In this document: positions 10,980 to 21,563 of the stretch, piece after piece
Layout of the letters: each line of letters begins with the position of its first letter
Position numbering within the stretch: position 1 is the first letter of the stretch
Assembly (NCBI GenBank): GCA_963794325.1
Contig: CAWCDG010000003.1
Span: 64,001-128,000, forward strand
Reading direction: 5' to 3'
Source: an uncultured delta proteobacterium
GTDB taxonomy: Bacteria; Desulfobacterota; Binatia; Binatales; Binataceae
DNA: 64,000 bases
Translations under genes and position numbers: made by a program
The notes under the pieces: generated by a model
Database searches by the model: none
What the model saw: only the letters and a program-made list of their open reading frames with translations
Told to the model about the DNA's origin: nothing

Positions 10980-12121
10980 TATATGTGCATCTCGTCGATC
11001 ATCTGTTCGGCCAGGCCGAACGACAACGTCATGCCGGATCCGCCGACCGCGGTGACGATGCGCACTCCGGACGCGGCATCGATCGCCACCCACGGCTTGT
11101 CGGGATGCTTAGCGTACACGCCGTACCATCGCTCCGCGATTGAGAGATCCGGCGCAATCAAAAACTCGCGCACGTTTTTCATCACGAGCTCATCGATTTC
11201 AGTTTTGTTGAAAATATCGACCGCCAGACCGTACTCATGCGAATCGCCTAGCGTCAGCGCGCCGTCCGCGGTCTGCGACACCAGCGTATGAATCGCGAAG
11301 CGATCGTAGTCGGCCAGCTCGCGCGCGACCCGCTCCTTATATTTCGGCAAGGTCTGTGTGCAGATTTCAAACGCTGGATAGAAGCGCAGGGTGAGACCGG
11401 CCGCGAGCGCAGGGCCCAGCTCCCATCCAGCTTCCTGCGGCGCTGTGCGCATCATCTGTAGTTTGCACCGATCGATCCCGCTAGCCGCAAATAATTCTGG
11501 AAAGAGAGTCTCGAAATCATCGCCGCCGCAAACCACCGCCTGCTCCGCGTCCCAGATTTCCGATCCAGCTTCGATGCGCGGTAACTGGATCGATTTCACC
11601 ACCGTGCCGAAGCGGAATTGAACCCCGAATTTTTCTGCGAGATACGCCGGCAGCTTCGCAAGTATCTGCCGCGGATCGACGGTGAGTTCAGTAGGACTCC
11701 AGATACCGCCGAGCAGTCCTTTCGGATTGACCGACTGACTCTTCTTCAAAACTTCGGCAGGCGAAAGCCATGCGCAGTTGTAGCCGAGCACGGGTGCGCG
11801 CTCCACGAACTCCTGCGCAACGTCCGCTTCATCCTGATGATAAACGACGTGCATCGATCCAGTCGGACGATACGGCAATCCCGCCGCGTCGAGGATCTCA
11901 TTCCAGATTTGACGACTCCGCATCGCCATCTGATGCACGACGCCTGCGCGTTGCCCAATCGGCCAGATCATCCCGAAGTTGCGCACCGACGCGCCCTGCG
12001 CGCGAGGCGTGCGCTCGAACACGACCACCTTGCGCCCGCGCTTCGCCGCGAAGTACGCATGCGCAAGGCCCAGGATTCCGGCCCCGACAATCGCCACGTC
12101 CGCTTTTCGATTCGTGCTCAT
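10979..12121 (-). CDS. FAD-dependent oxidoreductase, TIGR03364-like (phosphonate-associated)
   Basis: IVGAGILG Rossmann motif, GASVRNFG, GDSHEY, GMTLSFGLAE. Translationally coupled to phnX. Confidence 0.85.
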   Translation of the reverse strand: MSTNRKADVAIVGAGILGLAHAYFAAKRGRKVVVFERTPRAQGASVRNFGMIWPIGQRAGVVHQMAMRSRQIWNEILDAAGLPYRPTGSMHVVYHQDEADVAQEFVERAPVLGYNCAWLSPAEVLKKSQSVNPKGLLGGIWSPTELTVDPRQILAKLPAYLAEKFGVQFRFGTVVKSIQLPRIEAGSEIWDAEQAVVCGGDDFETLFPELFAASGIDRCKLQMMRTAPQEAGWELGPALAAGLTLRFYPAFEICTQTLPKYKERVARELADYDRFAIHTLVSQTADGALTLGDSHEYGLAVDIFNKTEIDELVMKNVREFLIAPDLSIAERWYGVYAKHPDKPWVAIDAASGVRIVTAVGGSGMTLSFGLAEQMIDEMHI

Positions 12122-12158
12122 CGCAGCCTCACAGCAATAGCATTTGACGCGAAGCTGG

Positions 12159-13820
12159 TCAGCGCCCGCTCGATACGGTCCGGGTCTTCGCTGGTCGAGC
12201 GGCCTGCCAGCATGCCTGCGCGCCGTGACAGATTCGGAGTGCGTTCACCGCATCATGCAGCGATGCTTTGGCGCTTGGCGACAGCGTCGAGAACGAGTTC
12301 CGCAGCTCGTACGGATCGCTTGCGTAGTCATGATACTCGCGAGTCCCGTCATCGTATTCGACATAAAGAGAATCGCGCGCGCGGATCGCCTCGTAGCTCG
12401 GCGGGTTGCCGCTGCGCTTGGCAGGAACGTCAGGGTCATTGTCGTCCTCCAACTCATTCAACGGCCCATGATGCTCGATCAGCGCCAGCGTGCGCCACGT
12501 TGGAACGTGCTCCCCGCGGAGCAGCGGCACCAGGCTGCGTCCATCGACTGTCGCCGGAACTCCGGCCCTGGCGATCTCGGCAAAGGTCGCGCAGAGATCG
12601 GTGTTCTCGACGACCTCATTGATAACCTGCGCCGGCGCGACTCCCGGTCCGGTGACTATCAGCGGTACATGGATGTCGGTGTCGAAGGCGGTCGTTTTGC
12701 CCGGCATCAGGCGATGCTCGCCCATGTGGATGCCGTTGTCGGAGCTGAAAACAAGGTAAGTGTTTTTCTCTTCGCCGGCCGCCGCAAGCGCGGCCTCCAG
12801 ATCGCCGATCATCTTGTCGATTGCGAGCACCGATCGGGCGCGCATGCGGAATTTTCTATTGATCGAAATCATGTCCGACTCGGAAAGCGGCGGGAACCTC
12901 GCCAGCCAACTGGCCGCATTGGCGTCGGGAGCGGCATTAAACGCCGGGTTGCGCGGCGCAACCAGTTCCGGGAACGCGCGCGCATCGCGCGGAGCGGGAA
13001 TATAAGGCGCGTGGGGCGCAAAGGTGGCAATCTCGATGAAGAACGGCGCTGTCCTGCGATTTCTGGATGAATTTGATCGCGATGTGCGCGAGCACGTCAG
13101 TCATATAGTCGCTGCGTCTCTTGCCGTGGAAAACACCTTGCCGTTCTCGTTCAGCAAGTACTTGAACCCGCCATAGCCGTAGCCGGCGACATCCCATTCA
13201 TTCCAACCTGCCGCAGGACCGTTGATGCTCGGATGGTAGCCGTTCAAATATTTTCCGAGCATCGCGGTCCGGTAGCCATCGCGCTGAAGCGCTACTGCGA
13301 ATGTGTTCGTCTCGTTACCGTGAGCGTTGAACGCGCCGTAGCCGCCATCAGGTTCGACGTTGCGAAATACGCCGGTGTTGTGCGGGAACTCGCCGGTGAA
13401 AATCGACGATCGCGACGGGCAGCATAGCGAGTCCGTGACGAAGTAATTCGTAAAGGAGGTCCCGTTTCGCTCCATCGCCAGAACGTGCGGCATAAACTGC
13501 AGCAGGTTGAGTGAGAGATCGTCGGTCAGCACAAAGATGATATTCGGACTTCCCATCGGCGATGGGTGCGCGGCCGGAACTATCCTGAGCGGCCCCGGCG
13601 GATCGCCGGCCGAGGCGCGCGCTTTTTTTACGATGATGTGATCGTGCGTTTTGCACGACAGAAAAAGAAAAATTGCGGACAGCGCAATCAGGAGGCGCAG
13701 CCATTCTCGCGGTAAAAATTTCTTTGGGTGCGCCGACAGAAGCAACAGGCCCCCTTCATATGGAGCAGCCGCCCATCTGGATTCGCCGTCGGAACGAAAA
13801 ACGAAAATCCTCGCGGGCAT
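12159..13820 (-). pseudogene. Sulfatase (GlcNAc-6-sulfatase-like), split by frameshifts near 13060-13130
   Basis: PNIIFVLTDD and CCPSR in the 13101-13820 ORF, DYMTD in a second frame, PHAP and SSDNG in a third. May be a sequencing error. Confidence 0.8.
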
Positions 13821-13964
13821 GAATTGCCGGCTGCGCTTATAATGACGCTCGGATCGCGGCGAAGGTTACAGATCATTAAGAGTCTCTACTGTCGCGTCCC
13901 AGAAATATCTTTCAAATGGTTCGGTTCGTTCTGGAACACGCGCCCAGCCATCCTCCCCCCACCG

Positions 13965-14052
13965 ACCCTGAGAGCGAAAGGTTGTCCTCAACATTTCGCG
14001 CTTCTCACTTCTCACTTTTCACTTTTCATTGGGTGCAGGGGTCACCCCTGCC
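13965..14052 (-). repeat. Structured repeat family C (partial)
   Basis: Near-identical to 7422-7482. Confidence 0.8.
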
Positions 14053-14215
14053 GCCCGCCGCGTAGGCGATTAACTTTCTTGATAGGGCTCCGCTCTTAAA
14101 GATATTTGCGGGACATCGCACTAGCGCCCAGCGCGGAGTAAACGGCGCCGTCGTCAGTGCCCGGACGATGAGCCGCCGTTGAACCTCGCTTCGAGTTGAC
14201 GGTATTAGTTGGTGG

Positions 14216-14899
14216 ATGCGTCGATTCAGCATTAACCTCTGCGCGCTGGCGGCATCGGCGGCGATGCTCGCGATAGTCGCGACCTCGCAGAACGCGCATT
14301 GCACCGACCTCACGACGCCGTCGTTCCTGGTCGCGACGCGCGACTTGCAGGACCCGGCGTTTCAGCACTCGGTAATCCTGATGGTGCCATCGACCGAGCC
14401 GCCGCTGCTCGCCGGCCTGATCATAAACAATCCGGCTAAACAGCGGGTTCGAGATTTGTTCCCGCAAGGACGCGATCTGAAGCGCCCGCAGGATACGATT
14501 TACACCGGCGGCCCGGTCGAGCCCGACCAGGTGTCGGTGATTTTCCGGGCGTCATCGGCGCAAAGCTCCGCCACGCGGGTCTTCGATGACGTTTACGTCG
14601 CGAACGGACGCGACGCGATTGCCGCGGTCTTCAAGGATCCGCGGATCACCGATTTCCGCGTTATTTCAGGAAAGGCGCAGTGGCTTCACGATCAACTGCT
14701 GGGCGAGGTCATGGCCGGCGCCTGGTACGTGATTCCCGCGAAGGCGGATCTGATTTTCAGCGACCCAAAAGACCTTTGGGCGACCCTCGTCAAGGGCGGC
14801 GATCTGCAGGAAGCCCAAGCTGGACAGGCTCTTGAGATGAATTTGCCTTATAGGCTCTTGGATGGTACATACTGGCAGCGTCAAATCTCACCCAATTGA
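14216..14899 (+). CDS. YqgE/AlgH family protein with N-terminal signal-like sequence
   Basis: FLVA..DPAFQHSVIL, GLIIN, YTGGPV, AQW..QL..E...GAW. Confidence 0.85.
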   Translation: MRRFSINLCALAASAAMLAIVATSQNAHCTDLTTPSFLVATRDLQDPAFQHSVILMVPSTEPPLLAGLIINNPAKQRVRDLFPQGRDLKRPQDTIYTGGPVEPDQVSVIFRASSAQSSATRVFDDVYVANGRDAIAAVFKDPRITDFRVISGKAQWLHDQLLGEVMAGAWYVIPAKADLIFSDPKDLWATLVKGGDLQEAQAGQALEMNLPYRLLDGTYWQRQISPN

Positions 14900-14955
14900 T
14901 TGGGAACGCGGTTGATCCTGCGCTGCGCGAGAAGCACACAAGGGGAACCAGATTC

Positions 14956-15384
14956 ATGGCACGGACCAAGGAACGCAGTTTTGGTCAGGTACTTCGCGAC
15001 CGCCGTCGGCAGTTAGACCTCACCCAGGAAGAAGTCGCGCGCCGGATTAAGACTTCGACCCCTTACATCGGGCATCTCGAATCGGCCAAGCGCCACCCGT
15101 CGGACAAAATCGTCACGCGTCTGGCCGAGGTGCTCGGACTGGATCGGCGGGAGCTATTCTTCCTCGCCAACCCGCGGGCGCATGCACTCCTCAATCCCGA
15201 GCCGCACACAGACGCGAAGTCGGCGTGGGAAAATTTTCGCCAGGATGAGCAGATGCGGCGGGTTCACAACATCACTGCCGACGAGATGGAAATGCTCGAG
15301 CGCGTCGCGCTGCTCGGCGAAGTCCGCTCGCCCCGCGACTTCATCTATATTCTGAACACAGTCCGCCACGCCGTCGGCAGATAG
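14956..15384 (+). CDS. XRE-family HTH transcriptional regulator
   Basis: FGQVLRDRRRQLDLTQEEVA..YIGHLESAKRHPS..LAEVLG plus a helical C-terminal domain. Confidence 0.9.
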   Translation: MARTKERSFGQVLRDRRRQLDLTQEEVARRIKTSTPYIGHLESAKRHPSDKIVTRLAEVLGLDRRELFFLANPRAHALLNPEPHTDAKSAWENFRQDEQMRRVHNITADEMEMLERVALLGEVRSPRDFIYILNTVRHAVGR

Positions 15385-15467
15385 CCGGCTCAGATCGTCT
15401 TACGAAACGCGTCGGCCGGCGTCACTCGCATCGCGCCCCACACCGGAATCGCCGCGCTCAGGATGCT
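15373..15467 (+). repeat. 95-bp direct repeat, copy 1
   Basis: Matches 16877-16971 with 3 mismatches. Confidence 0.92.
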
Positions 15468-15507
15468 TTTTTTCAGATTCGGCTCGTCGAGCCGAGCAGA
15501 CCGTTCT

Positions 15508-16836
15508 TCATTGAGCTTCCAAAGCTCGCGGAGTCGGCTGCGCTGACGGACTCGTCGCATGCGCTGTCTGGACGCAGCTCGGGTTGCCGAGGTTTGCCTC
15601 CAGGAATTGCTGCGAGGCCGTCCACGAGGAAAATAATAGATCATCTCCGTCGAGGTGGTCCGCGCCACTCACAAGATGCAACTGGACACTGCCGTCCGAT
15701 TTCCGCAACGCTTGTTCCATTTCTTCAGCCTGCTCGGGCAGTACGTTCGTGTCGGCATCCCCCTGAATCAAAAGCACCGGCGCTTTAATCCGGCTAGCCA
15801 CGTTAACTGGCGAGGGGCTCTTGAGGTCGGACCGGCATTCTTTTGGAGGCCAATCATACCAAGGCGATTGGGCGTTCGCGCTAACCAAATCGGTCGGCCC
15901 GTCATACGAGACGATTGCCTTGACGCGATGGCTGCGCGCACCGGTAAGCAATGCAACTTGGCCGCCGAACGATCCCCCCATCACCCCAATACGGTCGGGA
16001 TCAACACCGGGCTGCGAGGCGAGCCATTCGATCATTTGTGTTGTATCAGCTGATTGGCTGAGCCCGCAGTCGATCTGACCGCCGCCCCACCCGCGCATTA
16101 ATGGCAGCAGTACGACGTAGCCATGCTCCGCTAACAGCTGCGCTTCAAGTTCCAGCCCAGTTACCGCATCTCCCTTGTCGCGCCAGCTGGTGGGGTTCAA
16201 GGAGTCGAGAAGAAAGCTCACGACCAGCAGCGGATAGTGGAGGAAAAACCCCACGTCCAAAAGCGGATCGCGCAGCGCTTCGTGCCAGGTGGGATTCCAG
16301 CCGTGGAGTAGAACGATTGCCGGTTCATGCTGGGTGCCGCATCCACGCGGCCGATAGAGAGTCGCCGGGAGCATAAGCCCGTCAGTGCCCGGCACCTTCA
16401 CTTGCTGCGAATCAGCGCCCGCCAGCAGGTAATAAACTATGGACTCGATTTTTTTATCGGCGTCGAAAGTAACGAAGTACATCGATGAATCTTCGTTTGG
16501 CTGCGCATAGCATTCATCCAGGAACTTTGATCTGAACCCCGACAACAAATACGGCTGAACAAAATAAATGTAATAGATATCTCCGTCTTCCTTCATGGCA
16601 ACATTCGGTTTGCCGACTTTGCGTAAAAGTTCGTCGCTAGACTCGCCCACCACAAGGTCCTTGCCGATCGAAGGTGGATAAGACGCACGACACATCGTCG
16701 GCAGAGCGCCTTTGCGGTTGATGAACTCAACTTGAGAGCAGCCCGCCCCGCAGAAAATCGCTAAGCCGATCAGGAGAAGACGCATCGTGAGCGCGAAGAA
16801 CTTGTTCGCTCTGGAGAAATCGACCGTCAGCTGCAT
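15508..16836 (-). CDS. Lipoprotein with S9 peptidase / alpha-beta hydrolase domain
   Basis: GAGC lipobox, LLHGW, GGSFGG nucleophile elbow, QGDADTNV (Asp) and GADH (His). Confidence 0.85.
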   Translation of the reverse strand: MQLTVDFSRANKFFALTMRLLLIGLAIFCGAGCSQVEFINRKGALPTMCRASYPPSIGKDLVVGESSDELLRKVGKPNVAMKEDGDIYYIYFVQPYLLSGFRSKFLDECYAQPNEDSSMYFVTFDADKKIESIVYYLLAGADSQQVKVPGTDGLMLPATLYRPRGCGTQHEPAIVLLHGWNPTWHEALRDPLLDVGFFLHYPLLVVSFLLDSLNPTSWRDKGDAVTGLELEAQLLAEHGYVVLLPLMRGWGGGQIDCGLSQSADTTQMIEWLASQPGVDPDRIGVMGGSFGGQVALLTGARSHRVKAIVSYDGPTDLVSANAQSPWYDWPPKECRSDLKSPSPVNVASRIKAPVLLIQGDADTNVLPEQAEEMEQALRKSDGSVQLHLVSGADHLDGDDLLFSSWTASQQFLEANLGNPSCVQTAHATSPSAQPTPRALEAQ

Positions 16837-16876
16837 GCTCAGCGGCTATCCTGATGCGCCATCACTCTCCAAGACA

Positions 16877-16971
16877 GTCGGCAGATAGCCGGTTCAGATC
16901 GTCTTGCGAAACGCGTCGGCCGGCGTCACTCGCATCGCGCCCCATACCGGAATCGCCGCGCTCAGGATGCT
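16877..16971 (+). repeat. 95-bp direct repeat, copy 2
   Basis: Contains the 3' end of the ABC permease gene plus the XRE stop region. Confidence 0.92.
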
Positions 16972-18055
16972 GATCACGATCGCGGCTGCCAGCGCTTCCA
17001 GCGCCGCGCCGTAAGTTACCGTCAGATAGCCCGCGCTTTCGAGCACCGCGCGCAGCGTCGTCCCGCTGCCGAATTGCCACAGCGCCACGAGCGCATCCGA
17101 GTGCGCCGCCCACCGTGCCGATCAGCGCGCATTCGCCGAACAGAATTCGCGCGACGTACGGCTGATTGAATCCGAGCGCACGCAACACCGCCACGTCGCG
17201 GAGTCGCTCGCGCACCATCATCGACATCGCGTTGGCGGCAATCAGAAAAATCGTCAGCGCAATCACCGCGGAGACCGCCGAGACGATGCCGCGGATGTCC
17301 CCGACCGTGGACAGCAGGCCGGAGACCGCCTCGCTTTCGGTCATCGATGCGGTCTCGAAATCCGAGTTGTGAAAATTGCGGTCGATTTCATGAATGACCG
17401 ATGGAACATGGCTGGCGGTATCCACTCGGGTCACTAAAAAACCCGCCGGATGCTTTTCTTCGGGGATTCCGATCGCTTTTTCCGCTTCGACCAGGTAGTC
17501 GCGCCGGAACATGAAAAAATTTGGATAGTTGTCCGCCGGTATCTCGCCGACCATCGTGAATTTTATGTCGAGCCGATTGGAATCGCCGCGCAGCGTGACC
17601 ACGTCGCCGACTTTCCAGCCATGCTTGCGCATCAGCAGGCGTCCCGCAACCGCGGCGCTGCGATTTTTGTTGAACTGCTCGATCACCTGCGGCGAAAGAT
17701 TGTAGTCGGGATACATCTGCGCGACTTTGTCCGCGTCCAGCGCAAACGCCTGCACGGTTTCCGACGCATTCTGATACTTCGCGCGCAGCACCACCATCGG
17801 GTTGCATACCACGACGCCGGGAATTTTCTCGATCTCTCTGCAATCGCGCGCCGGCACGCCAATGTAACGCCCGTCGGCGTTGTAGGAATACACCCGCAGC
17901 GTCTCCGCCGTCTTTTTGAGAATCATGTCGATCGAGCTGGGAATCGCCGCGAGCACCGTGAAGATGAAGGTCGCGACCGCGAACGTGAGCATCGTCAGAA
18001 TCGCGCGCCGGGGCTGGCGGATTACGTAGCGGAAGACTAGTCGAACAGATTGCAT
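16894..18055 (-). CDS. FtsX/MacB-like ABC permease (frameshift near 17090)
   Basis: AANAMSMMVRERLRDVAVLRALGF. The C-terminus continues in the 16894-17088 frame. Confidence 0.85.
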
Positions 18056-18059
18056 CGGC

Positions 18060-19229
18060 TCAGGCCTCGCGCAACGACTCGAGAATCGGAAGATTTGCCG
18101 CGCGCCACGCCGGCATCAGCCCGCCCGCAATTCCAATCAGCAGCGCCACGATGATTCCGCCGATGAGCGCGCTCATCGAAAACGCCGACGAAAACACCAC
18201 CGTGCCGACGCTCATCAGCCGCTGATCGAGGCCGGCCGCCAGCCCCAAAAATATCGCCATCAGATCGCCGGCCACGCCGCCGGCCACCGCGAGAATTATG
18301 CTCTCGACCATAAAGCTGGTCAGCACCGATCCGCGGCTGAAGCCCAACGTGCGCAACACTCCTATCTCGCGCGTGCGGCGAGCAACCGCCGCATACATCG
18401 TATTCATGCCACCGAACGCCGCGCCCGTGCCGACGATCAGGCCGACGATCAGCACCAGCGCGCGCAGCCGATCCGCGACCTTGGCCTGCTCCGCGAAAAA
18501 ATCCTGCTCGCTGATCACATCGACAGTCAGTCGCGCATCTTCGGTGAGCGCGTTTCGAAAAGTCTCCTCGGTCCCCGGCTTCAGCACCACGTGAAACGAC
18601 GAATAGCCATTCTCGAACCGCGCATCCTGCTGCAGCACGTCGATGTCGGTCCAGAATTCCGATTCGAGCGCGCTGCCGCGATCGGAGAACACTCCGACGA
18701 TCGTCCACGTGCGCCGCCCGTACTTGAACGTCGTGCCCACGCCCAGCTCGGGAAATCGCGCCGCTTGCTTCTGTCCAATCGCCATCTCGTCGCGGCCAGG
18801 CTCCGGCCATCGACCCGCCACCAGCTTGAGTCCGCGACGCATCCGAAATGCGATCGCCGACACGCCGCGTAACGACGCCGGCCTGAACTGAACCGCAGGC
18901 CGTTTTATCGCCGCATTGAACGGCACCACCATCTCGGGAGAAAAGAGCGCAGCGCCCGAAGCGTCGGTCGCTATCTCGGGACGCGTCCGCAGGACGTCCG
19001 CCTCCTCGCGCGGGATGTAGCTCTCGCCCTCCGACACGGTGCCGCGGCTGAGAACAATCCAATGCCCCGGCTCTCCCGCCAGCTCGAGGCTCTGCCGCAG
19101 GCCGCCGACGAAGCTGAGCAAAATCACGACCACCATCACCACCAGCGCTATCCCAAGCGCGGTCATCAGCGACGTCGTCCGCCGGACCATCAGGCTCCGA
19201 AGGTTGTATGTTATCGGGATTACAGCCAT
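18060..19229 (-). CDS. FtsX/MacB-like ABC permease
   Basis: MNTMYAAVARRTREIGVLRTLGF and GGLMPAWRA. Confidence 0.9.
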   Translation of the reverse strand: MAVIPITYNLRSLMVRRTTSLMTALGIALVVMVVVILLSFVGGLRQSLELAGEPGHWIVLSRGTVSEGESYIPREEADVLRTRPEIATDASGAALFSPEMVVPFNAAIKRPAVQFRPASLRGVSAIAFRMRRGLKLVAGRWPEPGRDEMAIGQKQAARFPELGVGTTFKYGRRTWTIVGVFSDRGSALESEFWTDIDVLQQDARFENGYSSFHVVLKPGTEETFRNALTEDARLTVDVISEQDFFAEQAKVADRLRALVLIVGLIVGTGAAFGGMNTMYAAVARRTREIGVLRTLGFSRGSVLTSFMVESIILAVAGGVAGDLMAIFLGLAAGLDQRLMSVGTVVFSSAFSMSALIGGIIVALLIGIAGGLMPAWRAANLPILESLREA

Positions 19230-19401
19230 TCACGACCGAGTGAAAACGTCGAAATCCGCCGCCGGACGCGATCCATCTCGGTGCTGGCTGTCATTCGATC
19301 GGTTCGCCCCCGGCGCAACTCTACAAGTCTCAACCCGCAGTGTGCAAACGGTTGAGCCGGCCGGCGATTAACAGAAGGTTGATATCGGCAGTCTCAGATC
19401 A

Positions 19402-20439
19402 TCAAATTGTCGCCTCCGCGACGCGTGCGATTCGCGATCGACTCTCAGCGCGGTCTTTGCGGCTATTCGACGGCGTGCGGCCCACCGATTCCTCGAGCAC
19501 GCCCCAGTACGTGCGCGTCACGTGAGCGCCCTCGCGATACCCCGGCTTCGACATCAGGATCGCGTGCAGCTCGGGCAGCCGATAGAAAGGCACGCTGGGG
19601 AAAAAGTGATGCTCGATGTGGTAGTTGACGTTCTTCGGCGCGAGAAAAATCTTCTCGTACCAGGTCGGTTGAGTTGTTCGCGTCCGCGGGTAAGCGCTGC
19701 CCGGTTCGTCGATCGCGTGATGCTCGGCGATACTGCGGATGCGCATGATCATCACCAGCCACGTGAACATCGGGACTACCCAGTACAGCGCGAAACCCTC
19801 CAGCGCGCCGGCGTACGCAATGACGCCGAGCGCCGCCGCGTAGAATCCGTACCGCGCGACCAGAAACCCCCGCGGCACCGAGTCCGCCGACGCCACCGAA
19901 GCCGCCAGCTTGAGCATCGCCGGCGCGTTCAATCCGGTCGCGTCACGGAACAGCGTCTTCGCCAGGTTGGGCACGGTCTGCGGAAACACCCACACCGGAT
20001 CGCCCGCCCTACGCTTCAAGTCGGGATCCTGCGCGGTGTTGAGAAATTTATGATGTGCGAAATGATTCTTGCGATACTGCCGCGCTGTAACCAGATGCGG
20101 CCACGCGAGGATCACCTCCGACATCCAGTCGTTGAGCCGCCGGTTTCGCAGCAGCCGGTAATGCACCCCGTCATGCATCAGCACCAGCAGCGCATGCTGC
20201 CGCGATCCGATGAACGCGACCGCGAACACGTACAACATCGGATGCCAAAATCGCTGGCACAGATAGATTGTCGCTGCGATCAATGCCCACTCCGCGCCGA
20301 CGTGCATGCAGGCGAGCCACGGCTTGACGGTGGACAGCTCGGTCAGTTCTTCTTTCGTCAGTTTGACCGGAATATTCGCGCCGATATCGCCGAGGCGTCC
20401 CGATTCCGATACTGGCTCTGTTGATGTTCTGTAATTCAT
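19402..20439 (-). CDS. Membrane fatty-acid desaturase family protein
   Basis: Three His boxes HDGVH, HFAHH and HIEHH. SD GAGGGGAG precedes ATG 20439. Confidence 0.9.
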   Translation of the reverse strand: MNYRTSTEPVSESGRLGDIGANIPVKLTKEELTELSTVKPWLACMHVGAEWALIAATIYLCQRFWHPMLYVFAVAFIGSRQHALLVLMHDGVHYRLLRNRRLNDWMSEVILAWPHLVTARQYRKNHFAHHKFLNTAQDPDLKRRAGDPVWVFPQTVPNLAKTLFRDATGLNAPAMLKLAASVASADSVPRGFLVARYGFYAAALGVIAYAGALEGFALYWVVPMFTWLVMIMRIRSIAEHHAIDEPGSAYPRTRTTQPTWYEKIFLAPKNVNYHIEHHFFPSVPFYRLPELHAILMSKPGYREGAHVTRTYWGVLEESVGRTPSNSRKDRAESRSRIARVAEATI

Positions 20440-20501
20440 TCTCCCCTCACGCGTACTGATTGGACGAATCCGATTCAGTCGCTCTGCCAGAATTGCCGCC
20501 A

Positions 20502-21212
20502 TTACATCTGCGCCGCGTTTTCTTCATGCACCATCCGCGATCCGGCTGTCGGCGCCGTATCTTCGTCCACGAATGCCGGACGGCCTCCTGCCGTTTTACC
20601 TTTCAGGAAATTCCTGAAACGCAGGATGCTATGGTCGTCGTTTGTCTCGATGATCAATTGCGAAAATACCCGCGTCAGCTTCGCCAGCGATTCCCCTTCC
20701 AGAATCATCGGCTGCGCCCAAATCGCTTCTCCCTTGAGCGTTTCGAGATACGGATATTCGACCGGCTCGCCCGCATTGACGAAGCCCGTCGCACGATAAA
20801 ATGGAGTCCCGTCGAACGGCTTCACGCCCAGGTAAGCGAGGATCGCCTTGGCGTCAAGCAGTCCGGCCAAAATTGCCGCGCCAGCTCGCGCCAGCGCCCC
20901 TGCGCCAATAGCACGCGACCACAGCTCGCTGACCTCCAGCACCGATCGCGGCGGCAGATGCGACAGGTCCGGCTTCGGACAAGTCTGCGGAAACATCTCG
21001 AGATCGTGCATCACCAGCCCCGCGATCATCTTCTCGGCCGGCTCGCCGTCGTTCTCGAACAGCGCGTACAGATTGCCGTACGTCAGATGAATCGAGGCGA
21101 GCCGCGAGCGCGGTCGTTCCTTGAATCCGACTCCGTGTTTCGCACGAATCTGCTCAGTGCGCGCGGCGAAAATTCTTCGTTCGTTTTCGGTTGATAGCAA
21201 ACGCAGTTCCAT
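20502..21212 (-). CDS. Hypothetical protein, probable GNAT/acyltransferase fold (LuxI/FeeM-like)
   Basis: SD AAGGAG precedes ATG 21212. Motifs vLEVSELWS, GAGALA and FYRATGF resemble GNAT motif A/B. Confidence 0.55.
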   Translation of the reverse strand: MELRLLSTENERRIFAARTEQIRAKHGVGFKERPRSRLASIHLTYGNLYALFENDGEPAEKMIAGLVMHDLEMFPQTCPKPDLSHLPPRSVLEVSELWSRAIGAGALARAGAAILAGLLDAKAILAYLGVKPFDGTPFYRATGFVNAGEPVEYPYLETLKGEAIWAQPMILEGESLAKLTRVFSQLIIETNDDHSILRFRNFLKGKTAGGRPAFVDEDTAPTAGSRMVHEENAAQM

Positions 21213-21563
21213 TAGGTAGCTCCTTCCCCGGGGGCTAGTTTCGTCGCGATAGGTTGATATGTAGGCGCAAGTTTCCTGGAAATTGGGACCGTGCGGCGGC
21301 GGTGGCCGCGGCATGCAATAATGCCGATGCGGCCGAGAAATCGACGCGAGCGATGCGGCTGGAGGTCGAAAAATCGTCGTCAAAACCACAACATCAAGCT
21401 TAAAAATACGTCAAATTGTAGGGCCCGCGCGTAATTACGCAGGAATTATCGAGCAAAGCAAGGCACTTTTGTGCTGAATATAGATAAAACGAACGGGTTG
21501 TTGCCTATCTAGCATTAATTCAGTACTTTTGGTTATAATTTGGCACTCGGGGATGGTTGACCA

